A DNA stretch of 64,000 nucleotides, from the NCBI GenBank assembly GCA_049970055.1, contig JBMFNR010000001.1, positions 448,001-512,000 on the forward strand. Reading direction: 5' to 3'. Source of the stretch: Fervidobacterium sp. Lineage in GTDB: Bacteria > Thermotogota > Thermotogae > Thermotogales > Fervidobacteriaceae. The position numbers and the translations under genes are program-made. Below, one piece after another: positions 28,941-39,768 of the stretch. The stretch's first letter is position 1. Every line of letters starts with the position of its first letter. The notes under the pieces are model-generated. The model saw only the letters and a list, made by a program, of their open reading frames with translations. It searched no databases and was not told the DNA's origin.

Positions 28941-29650
28941 TCATCTTCTTTGTATCCGAAAAGTTAGCTTTTTTGAAAGTGTTACAATACTATCGGCACA
29001 AAGGTTTGTTTCTACAAAAATATCTGTTTTATTTATCTTTACTGGATCTCTTAATTCATCAGGATTTCTCGTAAAGTACGGTCGTTTTCGTCCAACTAAG
29101 CTAAGGACTCGATCAAATTGTTCCCTATGTTCGGAAAGCATAAGGTTAACTATCCTCGTATATGAGTTTCCGGTGTTGGACGTTGGAGGTGTTGGCGGTA
29201 CGATTTGGTCTGATTTTCTTTGATAAATTTTCGCCAAAAAATTTTCCACCATTTCGGTGTTTGGCTTGTGACCACACAATTCTTCTGTAACACCAGCCAA
29301 TAATAGATCATCTAAACGCTCATCTGGTTTTGTTATTATCTTGTTCCATGCTTCCAAAAGTTTTTCATTTATCAACATTTCCTCAGCATTTTTTATTGCT
29401 TTACCGGAAATAACATTCTCTTTTGACAAAAGCTAATCAAATTTTTCCGTTACGTCTTCAATCTTTTGATGAGATATGTTAATTGTGCAAAATTTTCTCT
29501 GTTTACAACTTCTTCCCAGAAGGGGTAAATAAAACTACCAGTTAATTCCATTAGTTAGTACTGCAAGCTTTACTCCCATTTGGAACGAATAGATTAAAAG
29601 TTACTCATCGTGTTTTTTCAGATCTTCTTGGAGTTTTTTACCTCATTCAT
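28941..29650 (-). pseudogene. Disrupted HsdR-N-type (PD-D/ExK) restriction endonuclease with SeqA-like C-terminal domain
   Basis: EVK/frameshift/LQEDLKKHDE*LLIYSFQMGVKLAVLTNGINW*FYLP...KFD*LLSKEN; stops at 29601-29603, 29535-29537 and 29433-29435; C-terminal GRKRPYF...FVETNL. Confidence 0.8.
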
Positions 29651-29799
29651 TTTTATTCCACCATATATTATTATCCCCATTGAGCCCATACAAAAAAGCC
29701 ATTCGTACAAGAACAGCTCACATATAGCAAAAGATCACATTTATCTTAAACTATAATTCACTTTTTGCAAAATATTTCACTTTTGCTTGTTTTGATTTT

Positions 29800-31221
29800 T
29801 TATTTAGCTTCGAATAGTTCCCTCTTTATCTGTAATATTTCATTTTTATAAAGCAAAAGCGTGAATACCATACCAACAAGACCAACAAAAATATTCAAAA
29901 TAACTACCCTGTTAATTGTTTCAAACAATGCGACAAAAATCATTATTACCGTTTCAACTACGAATCGCCTCATTTCAAAGTTGAATTTCATGTGTTTTTC
30001 TGAAATAAACGTTCTCATCGCAAAAAATACAATGTACGAAAGTCCAGTTGAAATGGCTGCGCCTTTTGCACCATACATTGGCACTAAGATCGTGTTTCCA
30101 ATAAAATTTACTAGCGCACTTAACGTTGCTACTACTATGTGCCAGTACGTCTTTTTTGAAAAATTAATTCCTATCACCGTTGTTTCTGATATTGTTGTCA
30201 TTATTGGGCTAAATATCAAAAAAGGCATAATGAACGCTGCTTCTCTATAGGTTTGCGAAAAAAGCATAAAGAGAATATCTTTAAACCCGAGAACTGCAAA
30301 CCCGAATGAAAACATCAAAAATGTAGCGGTGATGTTTGCTTTTTTGAAGAAATCACCTCTTGTTCCGTCTTTTTCGTATCTCTCGTATGCTATCGGAATC
30401 CAAAATTGTGTAAAACCCGCTTGAATTAAAAGCATAACTGAAGCAATTTTAGAGGCAGCACTATAAAGCCCGATTTCTTCAAAAGTACTATACTGCCTTA
30501 TTGAAATTCTATCTATTGATTGAAAGAGCCAAGTTATCAAAAAAGTTGGAACAAAGAAAATACCATAATTTACTGCTTTTTTTATCTCGCCGATACTTAT
30601 GCTTTTTATACTCCAGTAATCCTTTTCAGACGCAATACCTATTGCTAAAGATACTACAACACCCATCAAAGAACCAAAAACTAAAGCGTAGAAATCTCTA
30701 TGAATCAAAAGCGCGTAAATTATAGTTGCACCAGTGTTACTTAAGACTCCAACAATGTCTATCAAGGAATACAGAACACCCCTTTTTTTCATTCTAACGG
30801 TTAGTTGGTTAAAACGCTGTAGGATTGATACAATCAAAGATACGGAGAATAAAAAGCCTATATTTGGATAATAGTTGCCATACAAAATTTTGCTTAATTC
30901 TCGATCAAATTGAATAAAGAAAAAAGAAATAATACCAGCTAACGTTAAACTCGGTAGCAGACAATTCCAAAGTAAGCTTTTTCTCTCACCCTCGGAATAT
31001 TCGTAAAAAAATCTTACGAAGGCTTGATCTGTCCCCAAAGTGGAGATTAATATTCCGATATTCAGCATCATTGTATACATTGAAGCTCGACCGAATTCTT
31101 CAGGATTAATAATGTATGAGATTATAGGTGTTGTAAAAACAGATATGAAAGCTTTAAACCATGTTCCAAAAGAAAACGAGAGGAAACCTTTAATGTAACT
31201 TTTGACAGACAATTTTATCAT
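29800..31221 (-). CDS. wzx: Wzx oligosaccharide flippase
   Basis: Many TM helices; PEEFG, IDR, EIGLYSAA, YGAKGAAIST. Confidence 0.88.
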   Translation of the reverse strand: MIKLSVKSYIKGFLSFSFGTWFKAFISVFTTPIISYIINPEEFGRASMYTMMLNIGILISTLGTDQAFVRFFYEYSEGERKSLLWNCLLPSLTLAGIISFFFIQFDRELSKILYGNYYPNIGFLFSVSLIVSILQRFNQLTVRMKKRGVLYSLIDIVGVLSNTGATIIYALLIHRDFYALVFGSLMGVVVSLAIGIASEKDYWSIKSISIGEIKKAVNYGIFFVPTFLITWLFQSIDRISIRQYSTFEEIGLYSAASKIASVMLLIQAGFTQFWIPIAYERYEKDGTRGDFFKKANITATFLMFSFGFAVLGFKDILFMLFSQTYREAAFIMPFLIFSPIMTTISETTVIGINFSKKTYWHIVVATLSALVNFIGNTILVPMYGAKGAAISTGLSYIVFFAMRTFISEKHMKFNFEMRRFVVETVIMIFVALFETINRVVILNIFVGLVGMVFTLLLYKNEILQIKRELFEAK

Positions 31222-31429
31222 CTCCTTGGAAAAACCATCCTCGATTTTACTGGGTACAAGGTCTTAAGCAAACAACATCTTAACATAACTCAATAAATTA
31301 CTGAGAACGCCTGCATTCTCAGAATGGCTCGAAGACATTATTTATTATGGGTTGGAACATGAAATAGTGCGCTTTTTTCTTGAACTGTCCACTTTAATTT
31401 CAGCCACTTGACTTTGGGAGAATACTCTC

Positions 31430-32497
31430 CTATTGCCCTCTGTCTGTATTCAAAAGGATCTGGGCGATTTTCTTACCTGCTTTTCCATCACCGTACAAAT
31501 TCTCAGGATAGGAACCGAAAACATCTTCCATCGAGAGCTGGTATAGATTCTCTACATTTGCCAATTTATTCCACTTAACTTCTATTAGTTCTCTCCAACC
31601 TGTATCTGGCATAAGTACTATTGCTTGTTTTTTTGCAAAGTATGCTTCCTTTTGCAGACCTCCGCTGTCAGTTATCACCTTCCAACTTTTCTTTACAAGA
31701 CCCATCAAATTCAAATAGTCTATCGGTTCTGTTACCATTATGTTGTTCAGATATTTCTCAAGTCTGTACTCGACTATCCTTTTTCTTGTTCTCGGATGGA
31801 TTGGAAATACTATCGGTATCTCTCTTGCTATTTTTTCTACTTGCTCCAGTATTTTCTTTAAGTTCTCTCTGTCATCCACGTTAAAGTCTCTATGAAGCGT
31901 CATCGCAATATATTCATTTTCTGTAAGATTTAGTCTTTCAAAAACTTCATAGCTGAAAAACGGTTCCATCCTTAAATATAGGTCGTACATCACATCCCCT
32001 ACGAAATAAACACCGTTTGTGAGTCCTTCTTTTTTCAGATTATCAACGGCACACTGTGAGGGACAAAATAGCAGCGACGATACGCGGTCGGTTAATACTC
32101 TGTTGATCTCTTCAGGCATATCTTTTGGTTCCTGTCTGATTCCGGCTTCAACATGAGCGACTGGGATTTTTAACTTCGCACCAACGACTGCGCCTGCAAG
32201 TGTTGTATTTGTATCACCGTAGACCAAGATTATATCAGGCTCTTCTTTCAAAACAACCTTTTCAAATTCAATCATAATTTTTCCTGTCATTTCTCCGTGA
32301 AGTCCTGAGCCTACGTTGAGAAAATAATCAGGCCTTTTAATATTTAACACTTTGAAAAACACATCAGACATATTAAAATCATAGTGCTGACCAGAGTGAA
32401 CCAAAACTTCTGTTATTCCGTAATTTCTAAATTCCTCGTGAATAACTGCTTCCTTAATGAATTGTGGTCGAGCTCCGACTAATGACAATATCTTCAT
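31430..32497 (-). CDS. wecB: UDP-N-acetylglucosamine 2-epimerase (non-hydrolysing)
   Basis: GARPQFIK, SGQHYD, GDTNT, HVEAG, PEEINR, TDSGGLQKEA. Confidence 0.93.
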   Translation of the reverse strand: MKILSLVGARPQFIKEAVIHEEFRNYGITEVLVHSGQHYDFNMSDVFFKVLNIKRPDYFLNVGSGLHGEMTGKIMIEFEKVVLKEEPDIILVYGDTNTTLAGAVVGAKLKIPVAHVEAGIRQEPKDMPEEINRVLTDRVSSLLFCPSQCAVDNLKKEGLTNGVYFVGDVMYDLYLRMEPFFSYEVFERLNLTENEYIAMTLHRDFNVDDRENLKKILEQVEKIAREIPIVFPIHPRTRKRIVEYRLEKYLNNIMVTEPIDYLNLMGLVKKSWKVITDSGGLQKEAYFAKKQAIVLMPDTGWRELIEVKWNKLANVENLYQLSMEDVFGSYPENLYGDGKAGKKIAQILLNTDRGQ

Positions 32498-32555
32498 AGC
32501 ATCATCCTTTTCTATTTTGGATTTTTATTAGATTCGTATCAAATGATTAGTGCCA

Positions 32556-33902
32556 TTACTTTTTCTGCACATGTAACTTTTTTACCATTTCTTTGTCGCT
32601 TTTAAGGAATTTCTTAGATATTAATTCTTCGATGTCTTCTTCTAGCTTTCGTGCTAAGTTGTTATACGAATACCTTTCAATTACTTCCTTGCGAGCTGTT
32701 GTATTCATTTTTATGTTTTCGTTTCTGGCAAACTGGATTAGATAATTAGCGATCTCTGACGTTTGAGATTTATCAAATACTTTCGAAACTCCGTCCAGTT
32801 CAAGTTCTTCCTTCATCTCCCAATTTGTTGGTGCAATCGCAATTATTGGTTTTCCCGAGGCGAGGTATTCATAAACTTTCCCTGTTCTTATAGATTTACC
32901 ACTTTCACTATTGTTTCCAGTATATGCAATTAGAAGTAATACATCAGAGTTTTTTTGTATTTCCAGGGCTTTATCTCGAGATACCTGTCCATGGTTTTTA
33001 AGAAGATTTTCAAGACCAACTTTTTTAAATTCCTCCACTACTTTGCTAGCATCTTTCCCCGCATATTCGAAGACAACATTTATGTTTGCAGTTTCCATTA
33101 TTTCCTTCAGAGCTTTCACGAAATATGATAATTCCCTTACATTTGGGTGCAGGCTTCCAGTGTACGCTACTGACACAGTATGAGCATCTTTCTTGATGTG
33201 TTCATAAATTTCCGGAACTCGCTCATCAAGACCATTTGGAAGAAAAATTACTTCTTTTCCGGTTAGCCTTCTGTAATCTTCGACCATTTTGTGTGTAACA
33301 ACCGTTATCATATCAGCTGACTTCAACATTTTTCTTGTGATAGCATTGAATAATGGAATTCTTGATATTTTTGATTCGTGAATATCGAAAGACGGATCTC
33401 TGAAGTCTGATATCCAAACTAGCTTATCATGATACTTTTGTTTAAAATGTCGCCCTATATTCAATGTGAACCAGGGGTCATATGTTGTTATAAGGACTGG
33501 TAGCAAACCATTCCGAAGTGAACTTTCAATTGATTTATTTACTTCTGCTTTGTAAGCTTTAACATCATGATAAAGCATTCCGCCAGCCGAGACGGGGAGA
33601 ATCTTTTCCAAAATAACTCGTAACTCGGCCTTTACCTTACGCTTAAGCGTACTTTCTTTAAGATTTTCTCTCAGACGTGTTGAAAAAGGATTTGTCCTGT
33701 AAAATCTCAGTGGAATTTCGATAAATCTAGCATTACCGAGGTCGAATCTTCGTTCTGTGAAAGATTCTTTAAAAGATGATGTAATGAACGTCACCTCGTG
33801 GTTTTTTGAAATATATTTACTCAACTTTTCCCAACGTACAGAGGCTATGTTTGACCATCGTGGGGAATACGGCGAAACAACTATAATGCTGTAGTTCATC
33901 AT
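32556..33902 (-). CDS. Glycosyltransferase (GT-B, GT4-like)
   Basis: SDFRDP, LPNG, YTGS, GKVYEYLASGKPI. Confidence 0.85.
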   Translation of the reverse strand: MMNYSIIVVSPYSPRWSNIASVRWEKLSKYISKNHEVTFITSSFKESFTERRFDLGNARFIEIPLRFYRTNPFSTRLRENLKESTLKRKVKAELRVILEKILPVSAGGMLYHDVKAYKAEVNKSIESSLRNGLLPVLITTYDPWFTLNIGRHFKQKYHDKLVWISDFRDPSFDIHESKISRIPLFNAITRKMLKSADMITVVTHKMVEDYRRLTGKEVIFLPNGLDERVPEIYEHIKKDAHTVSVAYTGSLHPNVRELSYFVKALKEIMETANINVVFEYAGKDASKVVEEFKKVGLENLLKNHGQVSRDKALEIQKNSDVLLLIAYTGNNSESGKSIRTGKVYEYLASGKPIIAIAPTNWEMKEELELDGVSKVFDKSQTSEIANYLIQFARNENIKMNTTARKEVIERYSYNNLARKLEEDIEELISKKFLKSDKEMVKKLHVQKK

Positions 33903-33983
33903 AATCTACCCTCTCTTATCTTAGTCAAGCACGATAAAATGTTAGTAATGCTAAACTTATTTTCACTACTGTAAGACACTCCC

Positions 33984-35171
33984 TTATTCTAAGAATACTA
34001 AGGAAAGTAAGACCCACAAATGTCTCCAGTGCAAGCTATCTATGAAAAACGAATTCACAAGTTGTCCAACTAGGGATGATATCAAAAAAAGTTTGTATCT
34101 AGATCTTGAAACCTTGCGCGTTATAACTACGAAGAAGAAAATCAGTAGGACGAATCCAAATATTCCACGCTCACCAATGTACCTTGCAAATAACGAATGA
34201 GTGGCAAGGCTGGAAAAGTGTTCGTAATTACCAGGCCCTGCTCCAAAAATGACGCTTGTTTGTGATACTACCTTGTCGAAAATTCTTTGCGCTGCGAATC
34301 TATCTGTATCATAGCTTTGAAGTCCTAACCTTGCAAGAAAGAAATCCTTAAGACTTACATTGGATAAAAGTATTTCATCGGAGATAATCCAGATCAATCC
34401 AAACATAAATAACGCTAGAAGGGTAAAAGAAAGCATTCGAAACCGAAAACTGCGTTTTCTGATCGCATTCAAAACAACTATGAGTGTGGATGTAAAATAA
34501 TTTAACCACGCTGCGCGGGAGAACGTTAAAAGTACACCGATGGTGAAAAAGAAAAGTGCTGAGAGGTTTACAATTATTTTACCCTTCTTTCGAAGGTATT
34601 TATCCAAATAATACACTGTTATCGGTACCAAGAATGGTCCAAGCACGTTTGGGTCTTTGAAAAAACCTTTTAGTCTTAGCCCACCGTACAATACATTTGT
34701 CCCAAAGAAGAAAAAGTTACCGGTTGTATAAGCAAGAATTCCTACAAGGATATTTATGGCTCCCGCCAAACTCCAAAATTTCGTCAATGTATCGAGAAAT
34801 ATTGGATCATCGTTGTTTTTTCTGAATGATTGAGCATAAGACGAAAGAACCAAAAAAAATACAAATAAATAGATGTCGATGATGAAAAACCTGTAATTGA
34901 AAAGGTCGAAAAAAGCCAGACCGATATATGTTGAAATTATCATCGGAAAAAATATCAAAACAAACGAAGTTATGATCTCCCAGGTTGTTGAAAAATTTAT
35001 CAGTAAGAATGGTAGAAATATCGTGAACCAGTATTCCGCGGGCGATGGTTCTATAAAAACAAAACCAGAAAGCAAAATGTACAAACTAAGAAAAAAATTG
35101 AATAGTTTGTACCTCATATTTGATGTAATTTTTGCAAATCCTGCGTCAACAGATTTTGCCAAATTATTCAT
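33984..35171 (-). CDS. O-antigen ligase/polymerase (Wzy) family membrane protein
   Basis: RLKGFFKDPN, FSRAAW, GAGPG, HSLF...ERG; multiple TM helices. Confidence 0.82.
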   Translation of the reverse strand: MNNLAKSVDAGFAKITSNMRYKLFNFFLSLYILLSGFVFIEPSPAEYWFTIFLPFLLINFSTTWEIITSFVLIFFPMIISTYIGLAFFDLFNYRFFIIDIYLFVFFLVLSSYAQSFRKNNDDPIFLDTLTKFWSLAGAINILVGILAYTTGNFFFFGTNVLYGGLRLKGFFKDPNVLGPFLVPITVYYLDKYLRKKGKIIVNLSALFFFTIGVLLTFSRAAWLNYFTSTLIVVLNAIRKRSFRFRMLSFTLLALFMFGLIWIISDEILLSNVSLKDFFLARLGLQSYDTDRFAAQRIFDKVVSQTSVIFGAGPGNYEHFSSLATHSLFARYIGERGIFGFVLLIFFFVVITRKVSRSRYKLFLISSLVGQLVNSFFIDSLHWRHLWVLLSLVFLE

Positions 35172-36294
35172 TGCTTTCCCCCTTGTAGATTTGCAGATAA
35201 TGATCTATAAAGTCTTTAAAGCTCAAAGCTGTGTGTGGAATGTTGTCCGTGTTTTGCAAAACATCTATTATGATTTCTTTGAGCTTATTCTCATCTTCCA
35301 CATATTTTTCACCAACAATTTCACTTACACATCCCACATCGGTACTCACAACTGGCACTTCCTGACTCAGAGCCTCTAAAACTACAAGCGGCATTCCCTC
35401 AGAATCAGAAGTCAGCAACAATACGTCGAAATCTGCCATAAGCTTTGTTGCATCTTTTCTAAATGGTAGGAAGAATATTTTATCTCTTAGCTGCATACGT
35501 TGCTGTAGAAATTCTGACACTTGTTTTCCGTACCAATTGTCCACCACACTTCCACCTATCCATACAAAGACTATATCGTCTCTTATTTTTAATACTTCTT
35601 CTGCCACTTTGAGAAATCTCAGAGGATTTTTCGGTGGATCTAATCTAGCCACGTTTCCAACTATTTTTACATTGTCTGGTAAATTAAGCTCCTTTCTCAA
35701 TGTTCCTTTATGAGCAGGTGGCTCTGGTACTATGGCGTTTGGAATTACTTTGTACTGATCTGGCTTTCCTATTTTCCATTTTATAGCTTTTTGCATATCA
35801 CGGTTGCAAAGAAAGACTAGATAATCGGCGTACTTAGAAGCAATTCTTTCAGCGAAGATTAGAAGTTTCTTTTTTAGACCATTGTATTGCTCTATTCCCC
35901 AAAAACCATGGTATGTGTGGATTACTTTTTTTACGCCATGTTTTTTAGCAGCGATTCTTCCAATTATCCCCGCTTTAGAAGAATGTGTGTGCACAATATC
36001 ATAGTTACCTTTCTTCAATAGTTCTACGACCTCTGAATACGCCTTCAAATCGTCTATTAAAGAGATTTCTCTCCTAAAGCTATTGACAACATGAACTTTT
36101 ATTCCGATTTTGCCGAGTTCGTCTATCAGTACGCCACTTTCCGGACCGCAAGCAACCTCTACCTCGAAATTCTCTGGGTAATGCTTTTTCAAACCGTACA
36201 CTATTGAATAAAGAACCTTCTGCCCGCCAGCCCAATCTGAGCGTGTGATAAGTTGTAGTAGTCTTATTTTTGTGTTTTTGGAACCACTTTTCAT
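35164..36294 (-). CDS. Glycosyltransferase family 4
   Basis: AGGQK, VHTHSSKAG, HTYHG, EGMPLVVLEA, TDVG. Confidence 0.9.
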   Translation of the reverse strand: MKSGSKNTKIRLLQLITRSDWAGGQKVLYSIVYGLKKHYPENFEVEVACGPESGVLIDELGKIGIKVHVVNSFRREISLIDDLKAYSEVVELLKKGNYDIVHTHSSKAGIIGRIAAKKHGVKKVIHTYHGFWGIEQYNGLKKKLLIFAERIASKYADYLVFLCNRDMQKAIKWKIGKPDQYKVIPNAIVPEPPAHKGTLRKELNLPDNVKIVGNVARLDPPKNPLRFLKVAEEVLKIRDDIVFVWIGGSVVDNWYGKQVSEFLQQRMQLRDKIFFLPFRKDATKLMADFDVLLLTSDSEGMPLVVLEALSQEVPVVSTDVGCVSEIVGEKYVEDENKLKEIIIDVLQNTDNIPHTALSFKDFIDHYLQIYKGESNE

Positions 36295-36322
36295 GTGATT
36301 ACCTCCAATGTGTGCCTATGTA

Positions 36323-37576
36323 CTACTTAGCTCCTCTTTTCAGAAACATTGTTTCAAGTGTTTGGAGTATTATTTGTAGGTCCATGAAGATATTTCGGTT
36401 TTTTACATAGTACAAATCGTAACTGAGTTTTTCAACAGTTTCTTCTGTCGAGGATGAATATTTATACATTATCTGCGCCCAACCGGTTATACCTGGCTTG
36501 ACATTATGTCGGTATGGGTAGAATGGTATTTCCCTCTCGAACATTCTAACAAACGATATTTGCTCAGGTCTCGGTCCAACAAGACTCATATCACCTTTCA
36601 GTACGTTTATAAACTGCAGTGTTTCATCTATTCGTGTTAACCGAATGAATTTTCCTATTTTAAGTATTCTATACTTTTCATCATCAACAAATTTTGCTTC
36701 TCCGTCTGCTTCTATATTCCTCATGCTTCTGAATTTTAACATTAAGAATTCTTTATTTTTCTTTCCTACTCGTAGTTGTTTGAAAACAACAGGCTTCCCG
36801 TCTTCAATTAATATGCCAATTGTTGCTATGAGCATAAATGGTAAAAATAGAATCAATCCTACGAACGCTCCGATCACATCTAATACCCTTTTGGCTGGTG
36901 ATTCCTTTATTTTGCCAAGTTCTACTTCGTAGTATTCCTTGAATTTCAGTGCAACACTTATCGGTATGCGCTTGAGAACTTTCTCTGATAATTCTGAAAG
37001 GTATTCGATGTATTTGCCTTCTATGTCTTTTTGTATTTCGTCTTTTATATTTTCGTACAAGTAATAGTCTGCAACTAGTATGTTATCGTAGTGGGTAACT
37101 TTTTCTCTGAATTTTACCGGAGAAGGGTTAATGAACTCTTCGAAAAGATACTTACCCATACTCTTTTGTGTGATCTCGTCTAAGATATCTTTTACTTCAT
37201 TTTCCTTGCCAATAACTAGATATTTTTTGGGTTTTATTGCTTTTCTCGTTATTTTAATTAATAGTGTATTCATTGGCGATAGAAGTAACGGAGCTATTAG
37301 AAATACGTATGAAATTGTCTTTTTAGGAATATTTAGGTGAAACATTTCGAGGATTAGTGGAAGTAAAAGAAAGGATAAAAAAGATGAGATAAGGAGTCTA
37401 ACAATTTGGTTATTGAAGCACTCGAGGTTTTCCAAATCATAGGCTCTAAATGCATAAGAGAGTAATAATATGAGAGCAGGAATTACTATACTTAGTAGTG
37501 TTGGCATATTGAATATTTGAGTTAGGATAAAAACGAATGTGTAGTCTACTGCATAAATAAGTAAATTCAAGTTCAT
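36323..37576 (-). CDS. Priming polyprenyl-phosphate glycosylphosphotransferase (bacterial sugar transferase)
   Basis: KRVLD, KFRSM, RIDE..Q..NVLKGDMSLVGPRPE, KPGITGWAQ; GGAGGG RBS before ATG 37576. Confidence 0.9.
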   Translation of the reverse strand: MNLNLLIYAVDYTFVFILTQIFNMPTLLSIVIPALILLLSYAFRAYDLENLECFNNQIVRLLISSFLSFLLLPLILEMFHLNIPKKTISYVFLIAPLLLSPMNTLLIKITRKAIKPKKYLVIGKENEVKDILDEITQKSMGKYLFEEFINPSPVKFREKVTHYDNILVADYYLYENIKDEIQKDIEGKYIEYLSELSEKVLKRIPISVALKFKEYYEVELGKIKESPAKRVLDVIGAFVGLILFLPFMLIATIGILIEDGKPVVFKQLRVGKKNKEFLMLKFRSMRNIEADGEAKFVDDEKYRILKIGKFIRLTRIDETLQFINVLKGDMSLVGPRPEQISFVRMFEREIPFYPYRHNVKPGITGWAQIMYKYSSSTEETVEKLSYDLYYVKNRNIFMDLQIILQTLETMFLKRGAK

Positions 37577-37844
37577 CCAGGTCCCTCCGAATGTCTTGTT
37601 TATCTTGTCAATTATAGAAAAATAATTCTTTTCTTGTAAATTACGATACAGTAACGCAGAATAGAACAAATTATCAAAAACTATCAAACTCCAAGGATTG
37701 CATGCAGCTAAAATATTCCTCTGGAAATATTTACTATTATAAGTGAAAAATTTATAAAGCTTTTCAAAATGCTTACACGTGTTTTTACAACCTTGTTTTT
37801 GATATTTGTAAAGTTTGTGCCATCAGCTCTGTTTCCAAGTTAAT

Positions 37845-39749
37845 TCATTTTTCAAAAATTATGATAACATTGCTCTCCTTTTTGTTTAGACTGGCTAATG
37901 TTTGATAAAGTTCACTTTTTCCCGATAAATTTTTTCGAACTATTAATGCGACTTTGTCTGCAAGTTGTGACAATACAAGGAAAGCAGGGGCAGTTGATTT
38001 AGGTAAATCTAAGATAAGTAATTCGCTTTGCTGTTTTAGTTGATCGATTTTTTCGGAAAGTTCTTTATATTTTCTACCTACCGGTAGATTATGCATTTCC
38101 GGTTCAACGATTATGTTTACACTGTCTGACGATGAATATCTTTTTTCAGCAGCTGTTAGTATAGTAATTTGTGTTGACTGATATAGTGATTTGGTGAAGT
38201 TTTGTGGAATATCTGTTCTGAATTCACCAACTCTTGAAAAACCGATGGTTTTTGGTTGAGATTCAAAGAGAGCAATAGCGATAGATTTAATTGAATTTTC
38301 AAGGTCATTTTCGCTGTAAATTATTGGTATTTTTCCAAATATCTTGGTTATTTCCTGCTCGTCTCTTATCTTCGGATCAGTTGTTTCTCTCACAAAAATA
38401 CCCAATATGCCTAAAAAGATGCCTAAAACACTACCAATTGCCAGTGTGAGTTTTTTGTTTGGTTTTGTTGGTTTTTCTGGAATGTAAGGTTCTTCAACGA
38501 CCACTGGTATTTTAGCGGTTAACCCTGCTTCGGATAATTTGGCTTGTTCGTATTGTAGCAGCAGCTGAGAGTAGATAGATTGTTCAGTTTGGTATTCTTC
38601 TTGCAAGTTTATGTATTCTTGCTCGTACGCTGGGAGTTTTTTAAGTTCGTTTTCAAGAGTTTCCAACCTTTTTTTTATTGAACTTTGCTCAAATTCTTTG
38701 AGTTTGTATTCTGTCTGCAATGAAAAAAGTTCTGAGTAAAGACCCGATAATACTGGGTCTGTTGTATCAAACTTTGAAGAGAGAATCTTGTTTATCTCAT
38801 CTTGTAGACTCTTTTGAGTTTGCTTAATTTGAGCATTTATAGCCCTTACTTCTTCAGATTCTTCAGTGTATTTCTCGAGAAGAACAGATTTTTGTATGTT
38901 CAAATCTATCAATTTTGACCTAAGCTGTGATATGACAGGACTTTGAGGGATGTAGCTTAGGTCAACGATTTGACCTTTCATATCTTTAATTCGAGCCAGA
39001 ACAAGATCTACGTTTTTTTGGATCAATTCTATTTGGTCCATAATATTTGTTAATTGATTCTGCAACTCCATATAACGCTTTACGTTTTCCTCTGCTTGAA
39101 TTGATGGGGAATATGACTTTTCAAGCCTGAATTTTCTTATTTTATCTTCGAGCTCTTTTATTTTTGCTTGTAGTATAGGTAATTGCTTTTCAAGCATTTC
39201 TTTAGTGTAAGATTTTTCATCTTTGTTAAGTTGAGCGGAGATTTTTGTGTAATTATCGATAAGTGATTTTAGAATTTTGTGAGCGATTTCTTTATCTGGA
39301 TCAGTGAGCCTTATTCTAATTAGCGATGTGTTTTTCTCGTTCGTTACTTGAATTTTTTCTGCAAGCATTTCAAACACGCTGTTTTCAGAAATTTTCTCTT
39401 TTTCCTTATCACTCTTTGCTTTTGATTTGTAATAATCAACTAAGTTGAGCTCTTTTATTACTCCCAAAATAACAGGACGGCTTTTGATTATCAGTTGATC
39501 ATCAAAACTTTGTACACCACTTGTACCAAGGATTAAAGCAGCTGTTCCACTTAGTTGTGGAGTGCTTGAGCCTGTTACTTTAACGAGGGCCGAAACTTCG
39601 TATTCCGGTTTGGCTATAAAAAATAGGTAAATAACCGTAGCAAGGAGTATAATAATGAAAATGCTAAATCCAACAAAGAAGCGTTTTTTCAGTATATACA
39701 CGATATCGTGAAATGTGAGTTCGTTATTGTTGATTTCCGGAGTCATCAT
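37845..39749 (-). CDS. Polysaccharide co-polymerase (Wzc/GumC-like) with degenerate kinase domain
   Basis: Two TM helices flanking a long coiled coil; PEKPTKPNKKL Pro-rich motif; no intact Walker A in the C-terminal domain. Confidence 0.85.
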   Translation of the reverse strand: MMTPEINNNELTFHDIVYILKKRFFVGFSIFIIILLATVIYLFFIAKPEYEVSALVKVTGSSTPQLSGTAALILGTSGVQSFDDQLIIKSRPVILGVIKELNLVDYYKSKAKSDKEKEKISENSVFEMLAEKIQVTNEKNTSLIRIRLTDPDKEIAHKILKSLIDNYTKISAQLNKDEKSYTKEMLEKQLPILQAKIKELEDKIRKFRLEKSYSPSIQAEENVKRYMELQNQLTNIMDQIELIQKNVDLVLARIKDMKGQIVDLSYIPQSPVISQLRSKLIDLNIQKSVLLEKYTEESEEVRAINAQIKQTQKSLQDEINKILSSKFDTTDPVLSGLYSELFSLQTEYKLKEFEQSSIKKRLETLENELKKLPAYEQEYINLQEEYQTEQSIYSQLLLQYEQAKLSEAGLTAKIPVVVEEPYIPEKPTKPNKKLTLAIGSVLGIFLGILGIFVRETTDPKIRDEQEITKIFGKIPIIYSENDLENSIKSIAIALFESQPKTIGFSRVGEFRTDIPQNFTKSLYQSTQITILTAAEKRYSSSDSVNIIVEPEMHNLPVGRKYKELSEKIDQLKQQSELLILDLPKSTAPAFLVLSQLADKVALIVRKNLSGKSELYQTLASLNKKESNVIIIFEK

Positions 39750-39768
39750 TTAAACCCTCCTGATTTTT

